A stretch of 64,000 nucleotides of DNA from a bacterium (lineage in GTDB: Archaea > Thermoplasmatota > E2 > JACPAO01 > JAHFTW01): the NCBI GenBank assembly GCA_040390065.1, contig JAZJZE010000001.1:326718-390717 (forward strand), written 5' to 3'. The notes under the pieces are model-generated. The model ran no database searches. It saw nothing but the letters and a program-made list of their open reading frames with translations, and was not told where the DNA came from. Each line of letters begins with the position of its first letter. Position 1 is the stretch's first letter. Shown piece after piece: positions 19,177-27,033 of this stretch. The translations under genes and the position numbers were made by a program.

Positions 19177-19294
19177 GCGAACCACAAAGGGGAAGGCCGT
19201 AGCCCTCGGGCCATCAGGTCCGAGGGCGCGACGTGGACGCCGCGAAGCGGCGGCCCGGCCAACCTTCCGTCGTTGGCCACTTGACTACCTGTGC
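19177..19294 (-). pseudogene. Partial tRNA-Leu copy with the anticodon replaced by a 62-nt hairpin insert
   Basis: 19261-19294 is identical to the tRNA 5' part; 19177-19198 matches the 3' anticodon stem and variable arm (21/22); insert at 19199-19260; T loop and 3' acceptor strand absent. Confidence 0.9.
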
Positions 19295-19334
19295 AGACGG
19301 TTGGGAAGAGGGGAGAAGTGGATTCCCTTGAACC

Positions 19335-20129
19335 TTACATCTCGAGTTCGCCGATGGCGTCCGCGAAGCGCTTGAAGCGCTCGCCCAGGAGGTCGAGGGC
19401 CTTCATGAGGGCGTCCTCGGCCTTGAGCGACCCGTCCGTCTCGAAGCGGAAGATGAACTTGCGGTCGTCGTAGGTGATCTTGAGGCCGCCCTGCGTCAGC
19501 TTCTCGGCTTCGTCCGCGCGGTTGATCTCCTCGGGCTGCAGGATGACGAGCTTGCCGCCATCGAGTCCCAGGATCCCCGCAGGCGTGCGGGCGACGGCTT
19601 CCTTGGCCGCCTCGGGCTTGATCTTGCGATTGTCCAACGTCGCCGTCGGGTAGTACTTGTAGCCGACCGCGGAGCAGACTTGCCACTTTGCGTGCTGCGT
19701 GCCGTCGCCGAGGATGGCTTCGGCCTCGAGGATGAGGCGCTGGCCTTCCAGGAGGTCAACGAGCGGGACCTTCGCGTCCACGATGCTGAACTTCTTGTCC
19801 TCGGGCTCGAGGTCGCCGGAGTACACCGTGCACGGGCCCTCCTTGGTGAGGGTGTAGCGCACGAGGTACGTCGGCTTGCCTTCGGCGTCGACTTGGCCCT
19901 TCATGTTGAGCGTGGAGGGGTCGGTCGGCACCGGCAGCAGGCCGATGCGGTGGGCCAGGATCTCGTCGAAGAGCGCGGAGGTGTTGTCGTAGAACGTCAC
20001 CTTGTCGATGGCGAGCTTGGGCACTTCCGACAACAGGACGCGGCGCAGGGCATTGACGAAGTACGGGTGAACGCCGTCGATGACGAGCTTGCACTCGCGG
20101 TCCGTGACGTTGCGAATCTCGATCTTCAT
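19335..20129 (-). CDS. rpoD: DNA-directed RNA polymerase subunit D (Rpo3)
   Basis: 'NALRRVLLSEVPKLAI', 'NTSALFDEILAHRIGLLP', 'HAKW', 'FETDGSL'. Confidence 0.97.
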   Translation of the reverse strand: MKIEIRNVTDRECKLVIDGVHPYFVNALRRVLLSEVPKLAIDKVTFYDNTSALFDEILAHRIGLLPVPTDPSTLNMKGQVDAEGKPTYLVRYTLTKEGPCTVYSGDLEPEDKKFSIVDAKVPLVDLLEGQRLILEAEAILGDGTQHAKWQVCSAVGYKYYPTATLDNRKIKPEAAKEAVARTPAGILGLDGGKLVILQPEEINRADEAEKLTQGGLKITYDDRKFIFRFETDGSLKAEDALMKALDLLGERFKRFADAIGELEM

Positions 20130-20138
20130 GTCAAGCAC

Positions 20139-20528
20139 CTACACGCGCCGGCCGCGGCGGCCACCCTTCTTGCGGCAGCCGTCGTGCGGGATGGGAGTGA
20201 CGTCCTCGATGCGGCCGACCATGATGCCGTTGCGTGCCAGGCCGCGGATGGCGGCTTGGGCGCCGGGGCCGGGGCTGCGGGCCTTGTTGCCGCCGTAGCC
20301 GCGCACGCGGATGTCGACCGTCGTGAAGCCTTTCTCCTTCAGGGCCTCGGCGATGCGCTGGGCGCACGCCATGGCTGCGAAGGGACCGCCCTTGTCCTTG
20401 TCGGACTTGACGGCCATGCCGCCCGAGGCCTTCGCCACCGTCTCGGCGCCCGTGGCGTCGGTGACGGTGATGAGCACGTTGTTGTAGCTCGCGAAGATGT
20501 GCGCGATGCCGCGCTTGTCGGCGCTCAT
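20139..20528 (-). CDS. rps11: 30S ribosomal protein uS11
   Basis: '[21 protein letters not shown]', '[11 protein letters not shown]', 'GGRRGRRV'. Confidence 0.98.
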   Translation of the reverse strand: MSADKRGIAHIFASYNNVLITVTDATGAETVAKASGGMAVKSDKDKGGPFAAMACAQRIAEALKEKGFTTVDIRVRGYGGNKARSPGPGAQAAIRGLARNGIMVGRIEDVTPIPHDGCRKKGGRRGRRV

Positions 20529-21130
20529 GCACTACCTCCCGGACCGGTGGCGCCGGCCGGGGCCGGAGCCTCCGCCAGCGACGGCGCCGGCGTCTCGAAG
20601 CCCTGCGCCTTGGGGCGCACGGGGTGGTTCTCGTCGGCGATGGCGGCGGTGGGGTCGATCATGATCTGTTCCTCTTCGCCGCGGCGCACGACGTACGACG
20701 GCACCGTCACGCGGCGGTCGCCAATCTTGATGTTGCCGTGGCTCACGAACTGGCGCGCCTGCTTGGGCGTGCGGGCCAATCCCTTGAGGTAGACCTGCGT
20801 CTGGAGGCGGCGGTTGAGGACGCGCTCCAGATCCAGGCCCAGCACTTCGTTGAGCGTCGCGTTGTCGCCGAGGTAGCCGCTGCGCTGCAGGCGGGCGATG
20901 AGCAGGCGCGACTCAGTCACGGCCTGTTCGTCCGCCGGGTTGCGCGTGCGGGCGATGAGGGCACGGGCCTGGCCGCGCACGTCGCGCAGGATGGTCTGGG
21001 CCTTCCAGATCTCGGTCTTGTTCTTGAGACCGTACTTGGACTTGACTTCGTTCTCCGCTTTGATGCGTTCGCCTTGCCACGGGTGGCTCGGCGTGTCGTA
21101 GTGGCGGCGGTTGAATTTGGGCTGGCCCAT
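20525..21130 (-). CDS. rps4: 30S ribosomal protein uS4
   Basis: 'YDTPSHPW', '[10 protein letters not shown]', 'RRLQT', '[10 protein letters not shown]'. Confidence 0.98.
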   Translation of the reverse strand: MGQPKFNRRHYDTPSHPWQGERIKAENEVKSKYGLKNKTEIWKAQTILRDVRGQARALIARTRNPADEQAVTESRLLIARLQRSGYLGDNATLNEVLGLDLERVLNRRLQTQVYLKGLARTPKQARQFVSHGNIKIGDRRVTVPSYVVRRGEEEQIMIDPTAAIADENHPVRPKAQGFETPAPSLAEAPAPAGATGPGGSA

Positions 21131-21865
21131 CTACTTCTTGCCTCCTGCGGGTTTGGCGGGGGCGCCTGCAGCGGGCTTCGCCGGGGCTGCGGCCGCCTTG
21201 GCCTGGGCACCCTGTGCTGCGCTGGGGGCTGCGGCGGGCTTGGCGCCGCCGAGCGGCTTGGCCCCTCCGCCACCGGCGGCCTTCGGGGCCGCGGCTGCGG
21301 CCGGTGCGCCTTCGGCACCGGGTGCGGGCTGGCCCTCGATCTTGCGCTGCACACCGACAGCGGAGCCGAAGCGTCCGTTGTTCTTGGTGCGCTGGCCGCG
21401 CGTCGGGAGCTTCTTCTCGTGGCGGTGGCCGCGCCAGGAACGGATCTTCTTGAGGCGGTTGAGGTCCTCGCGGAGCATGATGGTGATCTCGGTGCCGATC
21501 ATGTGGCGGTCGTCGCCGGACTCGGGGTCCTTGCGGCGGTTGACCATCCACGCGGGCAGCATCTCGGTCAGGCCTTCGATGGCGGCGTTGACGGCGGCAA
21601 TCTCGGGGTCCTTGAGGTTCCCGATGCGCTCGTCGGGGTCGACGTTGGCTTCGCGGGCGACGACGTACGCCAGGCGCTTGCCGACGCCGGGGACGTAGGC
21701 GAGGGCGGTGGCGACGTTCTTCTTGCCGTCCAAGTCGGTGTTGACGAGGCGGACCAGGTGGCGGAAGTCGGGGCCGAACTCGATCTTCTTGGCGGGTTCG
21801 GATTTCTCCTTCGGCGGGCCTTTCGGGGTCTCCGCCTTCGTGTCGGGCTTGGTGTTCTCTGCCAT
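21131..21865 (-). CDS. rps13: 30S ribosomal protein uS13 with N- and C-terminal low-complexity extensions
   Basis: 'FRHLVRLVNTDLDG', 'PAWMVNRRKD', 'WRGHRHEKKLPTRGQRTK'; GGGGGAG RBS. Confidence 0.97.
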   Translation of the reverse strand: MAENTKPDTKAETPKGPPKEKSEPAKKIEFGPDFRHLVRLVNTDLDGKKNVATALAYVPGVGKRLAYVVAREANVDPDERIGNLKDPEIAAVNAAIEGLTEMLPAWMVNRRKDPESGDDRHMIGTEITIMLREDLNRLKKIRSWRGHRHEKKLPTRGQRTKNNGRFGSAVGVQRKIEGQPAPGAEGAPAAAAAPKAAGGGGAKPLGGAKPAAAPSAAQGAQAKAAAAPAKPAAGAPAKPAGGKK

Positions 21866-21985
21866 GGTGACTCCCCCCTCGCCTCGAAGGGCGCGAGGAT
21901 CGATGCCGATGCGAACCGTGGAACCGAAGTTCCAGCGGCGTGGCGTGGGCGAACCCACGTCCGCCCGGGTTGCCCCGGACGCTTC
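21866..21985 (-). promoter_or_regulatory. Structured 5' leader of the rps13 operon
   Basis: Hairpins CCGGG-GCAA-CCCGG, CGTGGG-TTCG-CCCACG, TGGAAC-TTCG-GTTCCA, plus a stem adjoining the RBS. Confidence 0.6.
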
Positions 21986-22009
21986 TGCAAGCTTCGCGAC
22001 AAAGGGGAT

Positions 22010-22017
22010 GTATAAAA
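22010..22017 (-). promoter_or_regulatory. TATA box of the rps13 operon
   Basis: TTTTATAC on the minus strand in GC-rich DNA. Confidence 0.7.
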
Positions 22018-22054
22018 GAATTGGGCTGGCCCCGGTGGTGCAAAAGGACTGATG

Positions 22055-22082
22055 GAAACGAAGGGAAGAGGGGGAGAGGGAG
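22055..22082 (-). terminator. Pyrimidine-rich archaeal terminator candidate
   Basis: CTCCCTCTCCCCCTCTTCCCTTCGTTT just after the stop at 22095. Confidence 0.5.
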
Positions 22083-22094
22083 CGACCTGTCGGC

Positions 22095-22724
22095 TTACGC
22101 GACGATGTAGATGATGCAGACGTTGTGGTTGCCGATGAGGTAGTCGCTGGTGTTGTTGCAGGTGGCAAACGTGGCGCCCGCGGCGACGTACGCCGTGCCG
22201 ACGGCGGCGTTGCAGACGATGGAGCCCATGGTGGAGCCGTACGTCAGGGTGGCGCCGACGACGCCGGGGCCGTAGTTGGACGGGTCGGCGCAGGAGATGT
22301 AGACCGCCGACGTGGTCGTGCTGGCAGAGGCCGGCATCGAGATCCCCGTCTCCGTGACGTACACGATCTGGCGCAGCCAGTCGCCGATGGGCGAGACCGG
22401 CGGGTCGCAGGTGCAGGTCGTGGTGCAGCTGCTGCCGAACAGGTAGTTCATCGTCGCCGCGCAGGAGTCGAGGGCGGTGCTGACCGCGATGGCGAGCTCC
22501 TGGTCGCGCGCGTTGCAGAGGACCGCCGCTTCCTGGGAGACGTACAGCTCGGTGGCGCCAACGACGCCGCCGCTGCCGCCGACACTCGGGCAGCGCGTCA
22601 GGCACTGCACCGTGCCGCAGATCGTGACGCCGCCGTCGGCCGTCGCCGGGGCGGGGACGGCCAGGATGGCCGTGGCTGCAAGCAGGCTTGTCGCAAACAG
22701 GGTTCGGAGTTTCATGCGGTTCAC
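22095..22724 (-). CDS. Secreted Cys-rich protein with an internal ~45-aa duplication
   Basis: Signal peptide; two GVVGAT..Y......CNA...C..T..YL.G repeats. Confidence 0.75.
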   Translation of the reverse strand: MNRMKLRTLFATSLLAATAILAVPAPATADGGVTICGTVQCLTRCPSVGGSGGVVGATELYVSQEAAVLCNARDQELAIAVSTALDSCAATMNYLFGSSCTTTCTCDPPVSPIGDWLRQIVYVTETGISMPASASTTTSAVYISCADPSNYGPGVVGATLTYGSTMGSIVCNAAVGTAYVAAGATFATCNNTSDYLIGNHNVCIIYIVA

Positions 22725-22768
22725 CAGTCCGGCCGTTCCGCCAGACGGTCCGGCATGCCCTGCGCCAC

Positions 22769-23698
22769 TTAAATCTTCAAGGTCGACAAAATCGGGGAGC
22801 CTGGTCGGGGCATTGCGCCGCGGCTCATGGCTTCAACACAACCCGTATCCGGGCACGGCTCCGGGTCGACGGCGACGACCTTGATGAGGAAGACGAGTGG
22901 TTGCCCGTACAGCGGATGGCCCGCGTGCGCCGCATCCGTGTACGCGTCCTCGGGCGCCAGCCGGACGACGCGCACGGTGTTTGTGGACAATCCCTTGAGG
23001 GCCTTGTTGAAGCCCCGGATGGTCGTGAAGTAGTCCCATGCCGTTCGGTTTCCAGTCGCCGGCCCGACCGGCGTGCCAGCCGTCGTTGCCGACCACTGTG
23101 CGCCGCGTTCGCCGCGTTCGCGGTCGTAGACGTAGACGGGCAGCGCGTCACCGCCATCCCACGAATAGATGGGCGATCGGGCCCACCTCGAGTCGTTCTG
23201 CACGGCCTCGATGTTGGTGTAGAACAGGGTGCCGTTCTCTAGGAAGCCGGCCGTGAGGACGCGCACGCCGACGCCGGGACGCGCGACGTCGCCGGGCGTC
23301 GGGGCCGCGACCGCCCAGCGCATGTGGCCGGATTGGCTGGCGCGGCACCCGTCCGCTTCGCCGCGCGTCGTCCAGGCCAGCGTGACGTTGGCGGTGGTCG
23401 CCGTCGCGGGCTGCACCCGCACGCGTACGAGCGACGGCGAGGCCGTGCCGTTTCCTAGCCGCTCGGCGTCCGCCCGCCAGGCGTCGGGATGGGCGGCGAC
23501 GGTCGCGTTCCAGTGCAGCCCCGGGGCGTCCTGCAGGACGAGCGTGTCCCATGGCTGGCGGCCGTCGGTCGCCATGAAGTCGGCGCCGACGTGCGGCGTC
23601 GCAAGCAGCGGCACCGCCATGGAACCGCACGCCGTATCCGCGACGCAGCCGGAAAACGGTATGACTGCCAAGGCCCAGAGGAGGCCCGCCCAACGCAT
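22769..23698 (-). CDS. FKBP-type peptidyl-prolyl isomerase, lipoprotein
   Basis: Lipobox FSGC; 'GFLENGTLFYTN', 'IRGFNKALKGL', 'LAPEDAY', 'HPLYGQPLVFLIKVV'. Confidence 0.8.
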   Translation of the reverse strand: MRWAGLLWALAVIPFSGCVADTACGSMAVPLLATPHVGADFMATDGRQPWDTLVLQDAPGLHWNATVAAHPDAWRADAERLGNGTASPSLVRVRVQPATATTANVTLAWTTRGEADGCRASQSGHMRWAVAAPTPGDVARPGVGVRVLTAGFLENGTLFYTNIEAVQNDSRWARSPIYSWDGGDALPVYVYDRERGERGAQWSATTAGTPVGPATGNRTAWDYFTTIRGFNKALKGLSTNTVRVVRLAPEDAYTDAAHAGHPLYGQPLVFLIKVVAVDPEPCPDTGCVEAMSRGAMPRPGSPILSTLKI

Positions 23699-23778
23699 GG
23701 CCGGCCACGCGGCGCGGCGCGACTTAAGCGTTCCCTGCGTGCATACTGTTCTTCAGGGGCTCGCGTCCTGCGCGACGC

Positions 23779-24900
23779 GTGAAGGTGACCGTGGTGGGCG
23801 GCGGCGTGCTCGGGTGCGCAGGCGCCTTGGGGCTGGCCGATGGGGGGCACGAGGTGACGCTGGTCGAGCGTCGGACCCTTGGCTCGGGGAACTCCGCGAA
23901 AGCGGCGGGCATCCTGTCGTCGTTTGCCTGGAACGACGCGGACTACAAGCTCATCGCCGAGACGCGTGGCGCCATCGGCGAACTCATCTCGCTCGCCATG
24001 GCGGCAGGCGAGCGCAACGCCCGCAATGCTTGGCGGCCGACGCCGTCCATCGTGGTGGGCAAGGGCGACTCGCTGCGGCTGCTCGACCAATTGCAGGAGC
24101 GCGTCGAGCGCCACACGGAGGAATGCGAACGGCTCGACCACCGCAGCGCCGCGCGCGATTTCCCCGAGATGCGGTTCGAGCCAGGCGAGGAGATCCTCGT
24201 GGCGCAGGAGGACGGCATCGTCGAGGTGGGGGATCTCACCGCCGCACTGCGCGCGCGGCTCGTGAGCGAAGGCGTGGCCGTCGTCGAGAACGGGGCGGAT
24301 GCCCTTGCCGTGGCGGGCGGCCGGGTGCACGGTGCGGACGCCGTCGTCGTCGCCGCGGGCGTATGGACCGCCCCTCTTGTTGCGCGCCACGGCGTGCGTC
24401 TGCCGGTGCAGAACTACCGGACGCAGCTGGCGAGCCTGGCCATGCCGTCGGAGAACCTGCCCATCGTGCATGACCTGGTGCAGCACTTCTACGCGCGGCC
24501 CGAGTCGGAGTCCTCCATGATGGCAGGCGACGGCACGCAGTTGCGCCCGTTCGATCCTGAGCACTACAACGAGGCGGCCGATCCTGAGTTCATCGAGGCC
24601 ACGGCCGAGCGCGTCGTGCGGCGCTTCGACGATGGCGGCGAGGCGACGGTCCGCTCGGGATGGGCGGGTCTCTGTGTGGCGACTCCGGACCGGCGTCCGT
24701 TGTGCGGTCCGGTCGACGGGGTGGAGGGGCTGTTCGTCCTGACGGGGGACAACGGCTTCGGGGTCATGCGCAGCCTGGCCCTCGGCGCGAAGCTGGCGGA
24801 TGCAGTGCGGGGCAGGGTCGACGCCGGCCTCGATCCGCGGCGGTTTGGCAAGGATGCGACGTCCGAGTTCCAGATGCGCGAAGGATATGGCGCCCCGTGA
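23779..24900 (+). CDS. FAD-dependent oxidoreductase (DAO/sarcosine oxidase family)
   Basis: VVGGGVLG, 'SGNSAKAAG', 'VVVAAGVW', 'GWAGLCVATPDRRPLCGP', 'GFGVMRS'. Confidence 0.9.
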   Translation: MKVTVVGGGVLGCAGALGLADGGHEVTLVERRTLGSGNSAKAAGILSSFAWNDADYKLIAETRGAIGELISLAMAAGERNARNAWRPTPSIVVGKGDSLRLLDQLQERVERHTEECERLDHRSAARDFPEMRFEPGEEILVAQEDGIVEVGDLTAALRARLVSEGVAVVENGADALAVAGGRVHGADAVVVAAGVWTAPLVARHGVRLPVQNYRTQLASLAMPSENLPIVHDLVQHFYARPESESSMMAGDGTQLRPFDPEHYNEAADPEFIEATAERVVRRFDDGGEATVRSGWAGLCVATPDRRPLCGPVDGVEGLFVLTGDNGFGVMRSLALGAKLADAVRGRVDAGLDPRRFGKDATSEFQMREGYGAP

Positions 24901-24971
24901 TGCGACGGTCATCGCATTCCGCGCCATTGAAACGCCGTTTTCCTAGCCCTCGCGATGTCCATACTTGAACA

Positions 24972-27032
24972 ATGACTGGATTTCTGAGAAATCCATGCGT
25001 CGGACTCCGAAAAGACGAAAATCCTTTTCAGGAAAACCAGCGTGAGCCTCAAGGTATGTGGGGAGCACGTGGTGGATTGGGCGCCGAAGCCGGCGCCCCG
25101 AGCAGGGATGAAACGCAGTCGGACCAGGCCCGCCGCGCCTCGCGCGCCCTGTCGGCAGTCGTCCTCGCCTTCCTTGCGACGTTTGCCGGCCTTGCCATCC
25201 CGCTCTTGCCGACCGCGACGGCGGCCCCCGGCGGCGCCGTCTTGGATAACGGCGTCGTCGCCCTCGGCGTCCTGCCACTTGGCAGCCTCGGCGTCGACAG
25301 CGCGGTGATGACGAACTGCAACCGCGCCAACCAGCCGCAGCACGCCGACCCGATCACGCTGCGGCACGACGGCCTGAACTCGGACGCCAACTGCCAAGCC
25401 TACGAGGCCTGGGGCCTGGCGTATACGGGGGCATCGTCCTGCTGGGCCACGGCCACCAGCGTCGCTGTTCCATGGGCGGGGTTGAGCTCGCCGCCGCCTA
25501 CACCTGTGTCCTTCACCGCCACCGCCACGACGGCGGTCTCCGTGGTGACGTGCGGCGACATCCAGATGACCCAATCCTTCAGCCCGCAGCCGGGATTCCC
25601 GCAGATCTTCCGCGACGACATCCAGATCGTCAACACCTGCATGACGTGCACTCTGACGAACGTGCAGTTCCGCCGCACAATGGGCTGGTTCGACATGAAC
25701 ATGCACACCAACTATGGCGGCAACTGCCAATGCCAGACGGCGCAGGACATCGACACGCTCCCGACGGCGGCGCCGACGCCCGCAAGCCTCGTCGCGACCG
25801 GCCTGGTGGAGCCGTACGCCATCGGCCCGCCGGCGCTCAGCGGCCCCGTGCCCGACCCGACCGTTCCCCTGACGTACGCGGTGCAAGGCCCCCCAGGCGG
25901 CCCCCCAGTGTACCACTTCGCCTACGTGCAGACGCAGTCGATGGTCTACGACCTCAACTTCGGGACCCTCGGTCCGGGAAGCATGCAGCCTTTCGTCTTC
26001 TACTACGGGGCGGATACGAGCACAGACGCCGCGACGGCGGCCCTCACGACCATCGGGGCGCAGGTGTACAACTACGACAATCCGGTCCCGAACTGGGACA
26101 CGCAGGCACCGACCCAGCTCCCCGGGCCTGTCGGCGTGTTTGCCTACCAGGAGCTTCCCAAGATCGACGTGACCCCGCCCGCAGGGCCGACGGCGAGCCA
26201 CAAGGGCCAGCAGACGAACGGCTGCGGACTTTCGCCCGTCCAGTTCACCGACTCGTCAACGGCCGGCGGCGCCCCCATCGTGGGCTGGGCCTGGGACTTT
26301 GGCGACGGCAGCACCAGCACCGACCAGAACCCCCTGCACTACTATGGCGGAGAGGGCACGTACGCCGTCACCGAGACGGTCACCGACGCCAACGGAAACA
26401 CGAACACCGTTTCGTCCACGGTCGACGTCACGACGACCCAGTGCACGGAACCGACGATCTCACAGTCGGACCCGCAGGGGATCCGGCCACCGCACGATGG
26501 CACCGACCCGGCAATCGCCGGCGCAGACGCGGACGGTGACGGCGTGGCGAACGCCTTGGACAACTGCGTGTTTGCAGCCAACGCCGATCAAGCCGACAGC
26601 GATGCGGACCTGGCCGGCGACGCGTGCGACATCGACGCCGACAACGACGGCTTGGCCAACAACGCGGACAACTGCCCGACGACCGCGAATCCCAACCAAG
26701 AGGACCTCGACGGCAACGGCGAGGGTGACCCATGTGACGACGACCAAGACGGCGACCATGTCCTGAATGGCATGGACAACTGCCCCACGGTCCCGAACAC
26801 GCTGCAGGGCGACGTCGACGCAGACGGGGTCGGCGACGCGTGCCAAATCAAGACGCTGCAGGCCTTGGCGGTCGCGCCCACGGCAAGCCGAGATCTGACG
26901 ACCGACCGCGGTGTCTCTGCCCCGGCACAGCCGCAGTCCACAGTGCCGCTCCTTCTGCCGGTCAGCATCGCGGCCGCCCTAGGGGCATTTGCCATCGGCC
27001 TCGTTGCAGCCGGCCGCCGGCGGAGGCGGTAG
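24972..27032 (+). CDS. Surface protein with PKD domain, thrombospondin type 3 repeats and C-terminal TM
   Basis: WDFGDG; repeated DNCP/DxDxDxxGDAC; TM plus RRRRR; true start probably downstream (ATG 25056 or later). Confidence 0.85.
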   Translation: MTGFLRNPCVGLRKDENPFQENQREPQGMWGARGGLGAEAGAPSRDETQSDQARRASRALSAVVLAFLATFAGLAIPLLPTATAAPGGAVLDNGVVALGVLPLGSLGVDSAVMTNCNRANQPQHADPITLRHDGLNSDANCQAYEAWGLAYTGASSCWATATSVAVPWAGLSSPPPTPVSFTATATTAVSVVTCGDIQMTQSFSPQPGFPQIFRDDIQIVNTCMTCTLTNVQFRRTMGWFDMNMHTNYGGNCQCQTAQDIDTLPTAAPTPASLVATGLVEPYAIGPPALSGPVPDPTVPLTYAVQGPPGGPPVYHFAYVQTQSMVYDLNFGTLGPGSMQPFVFYYGADTSTDAATAALTTIGAQVYNYDNPVPNWDTQAPTQLPGPVGVFAYQELPKIDVTPPAGPTASHKGQQTNGCGLSPVQFTDSSTAGGAPIVGWAWDFGDGSTSTDQNPLHYYGGEGTYAVTETVTDANGNTNTVSSTVDVTTTQCTEPTISQSDPQGIRPPHDGTDPAIAGADADGDGVANALDNCVFAANADQADSDADLAGDACDIDADNDGLANNADNCPTTANPNQEDLDGNGEGDPCDDDQDGDHVLNGMDNCPTVPNTLQGDVDADGVGDACQIKTLQALAVAPTASRDLTTDRGVSAPAQPQSTVPLLLPVSIAAALGAFAIGLVAAGRRRRR

Positions 27033-27033
27033 C

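Noticed and set aside
19177-19294. Functional intron-containing or split tRNA
   Set aside because: No T loop or 3' acceptor strand, no clear bulge-helix-bulge seen, and an intact copy lies alongside
21866-22168. Extended 345-aa uS13 ORF
   Set aside because: The extension crosses the TATA box, terminator and upstream gene; ATG 21865 has an RBS
26520-26845. DNA repeat array
   Set aside because: Explained by thrombospondin type 3 protein repeats
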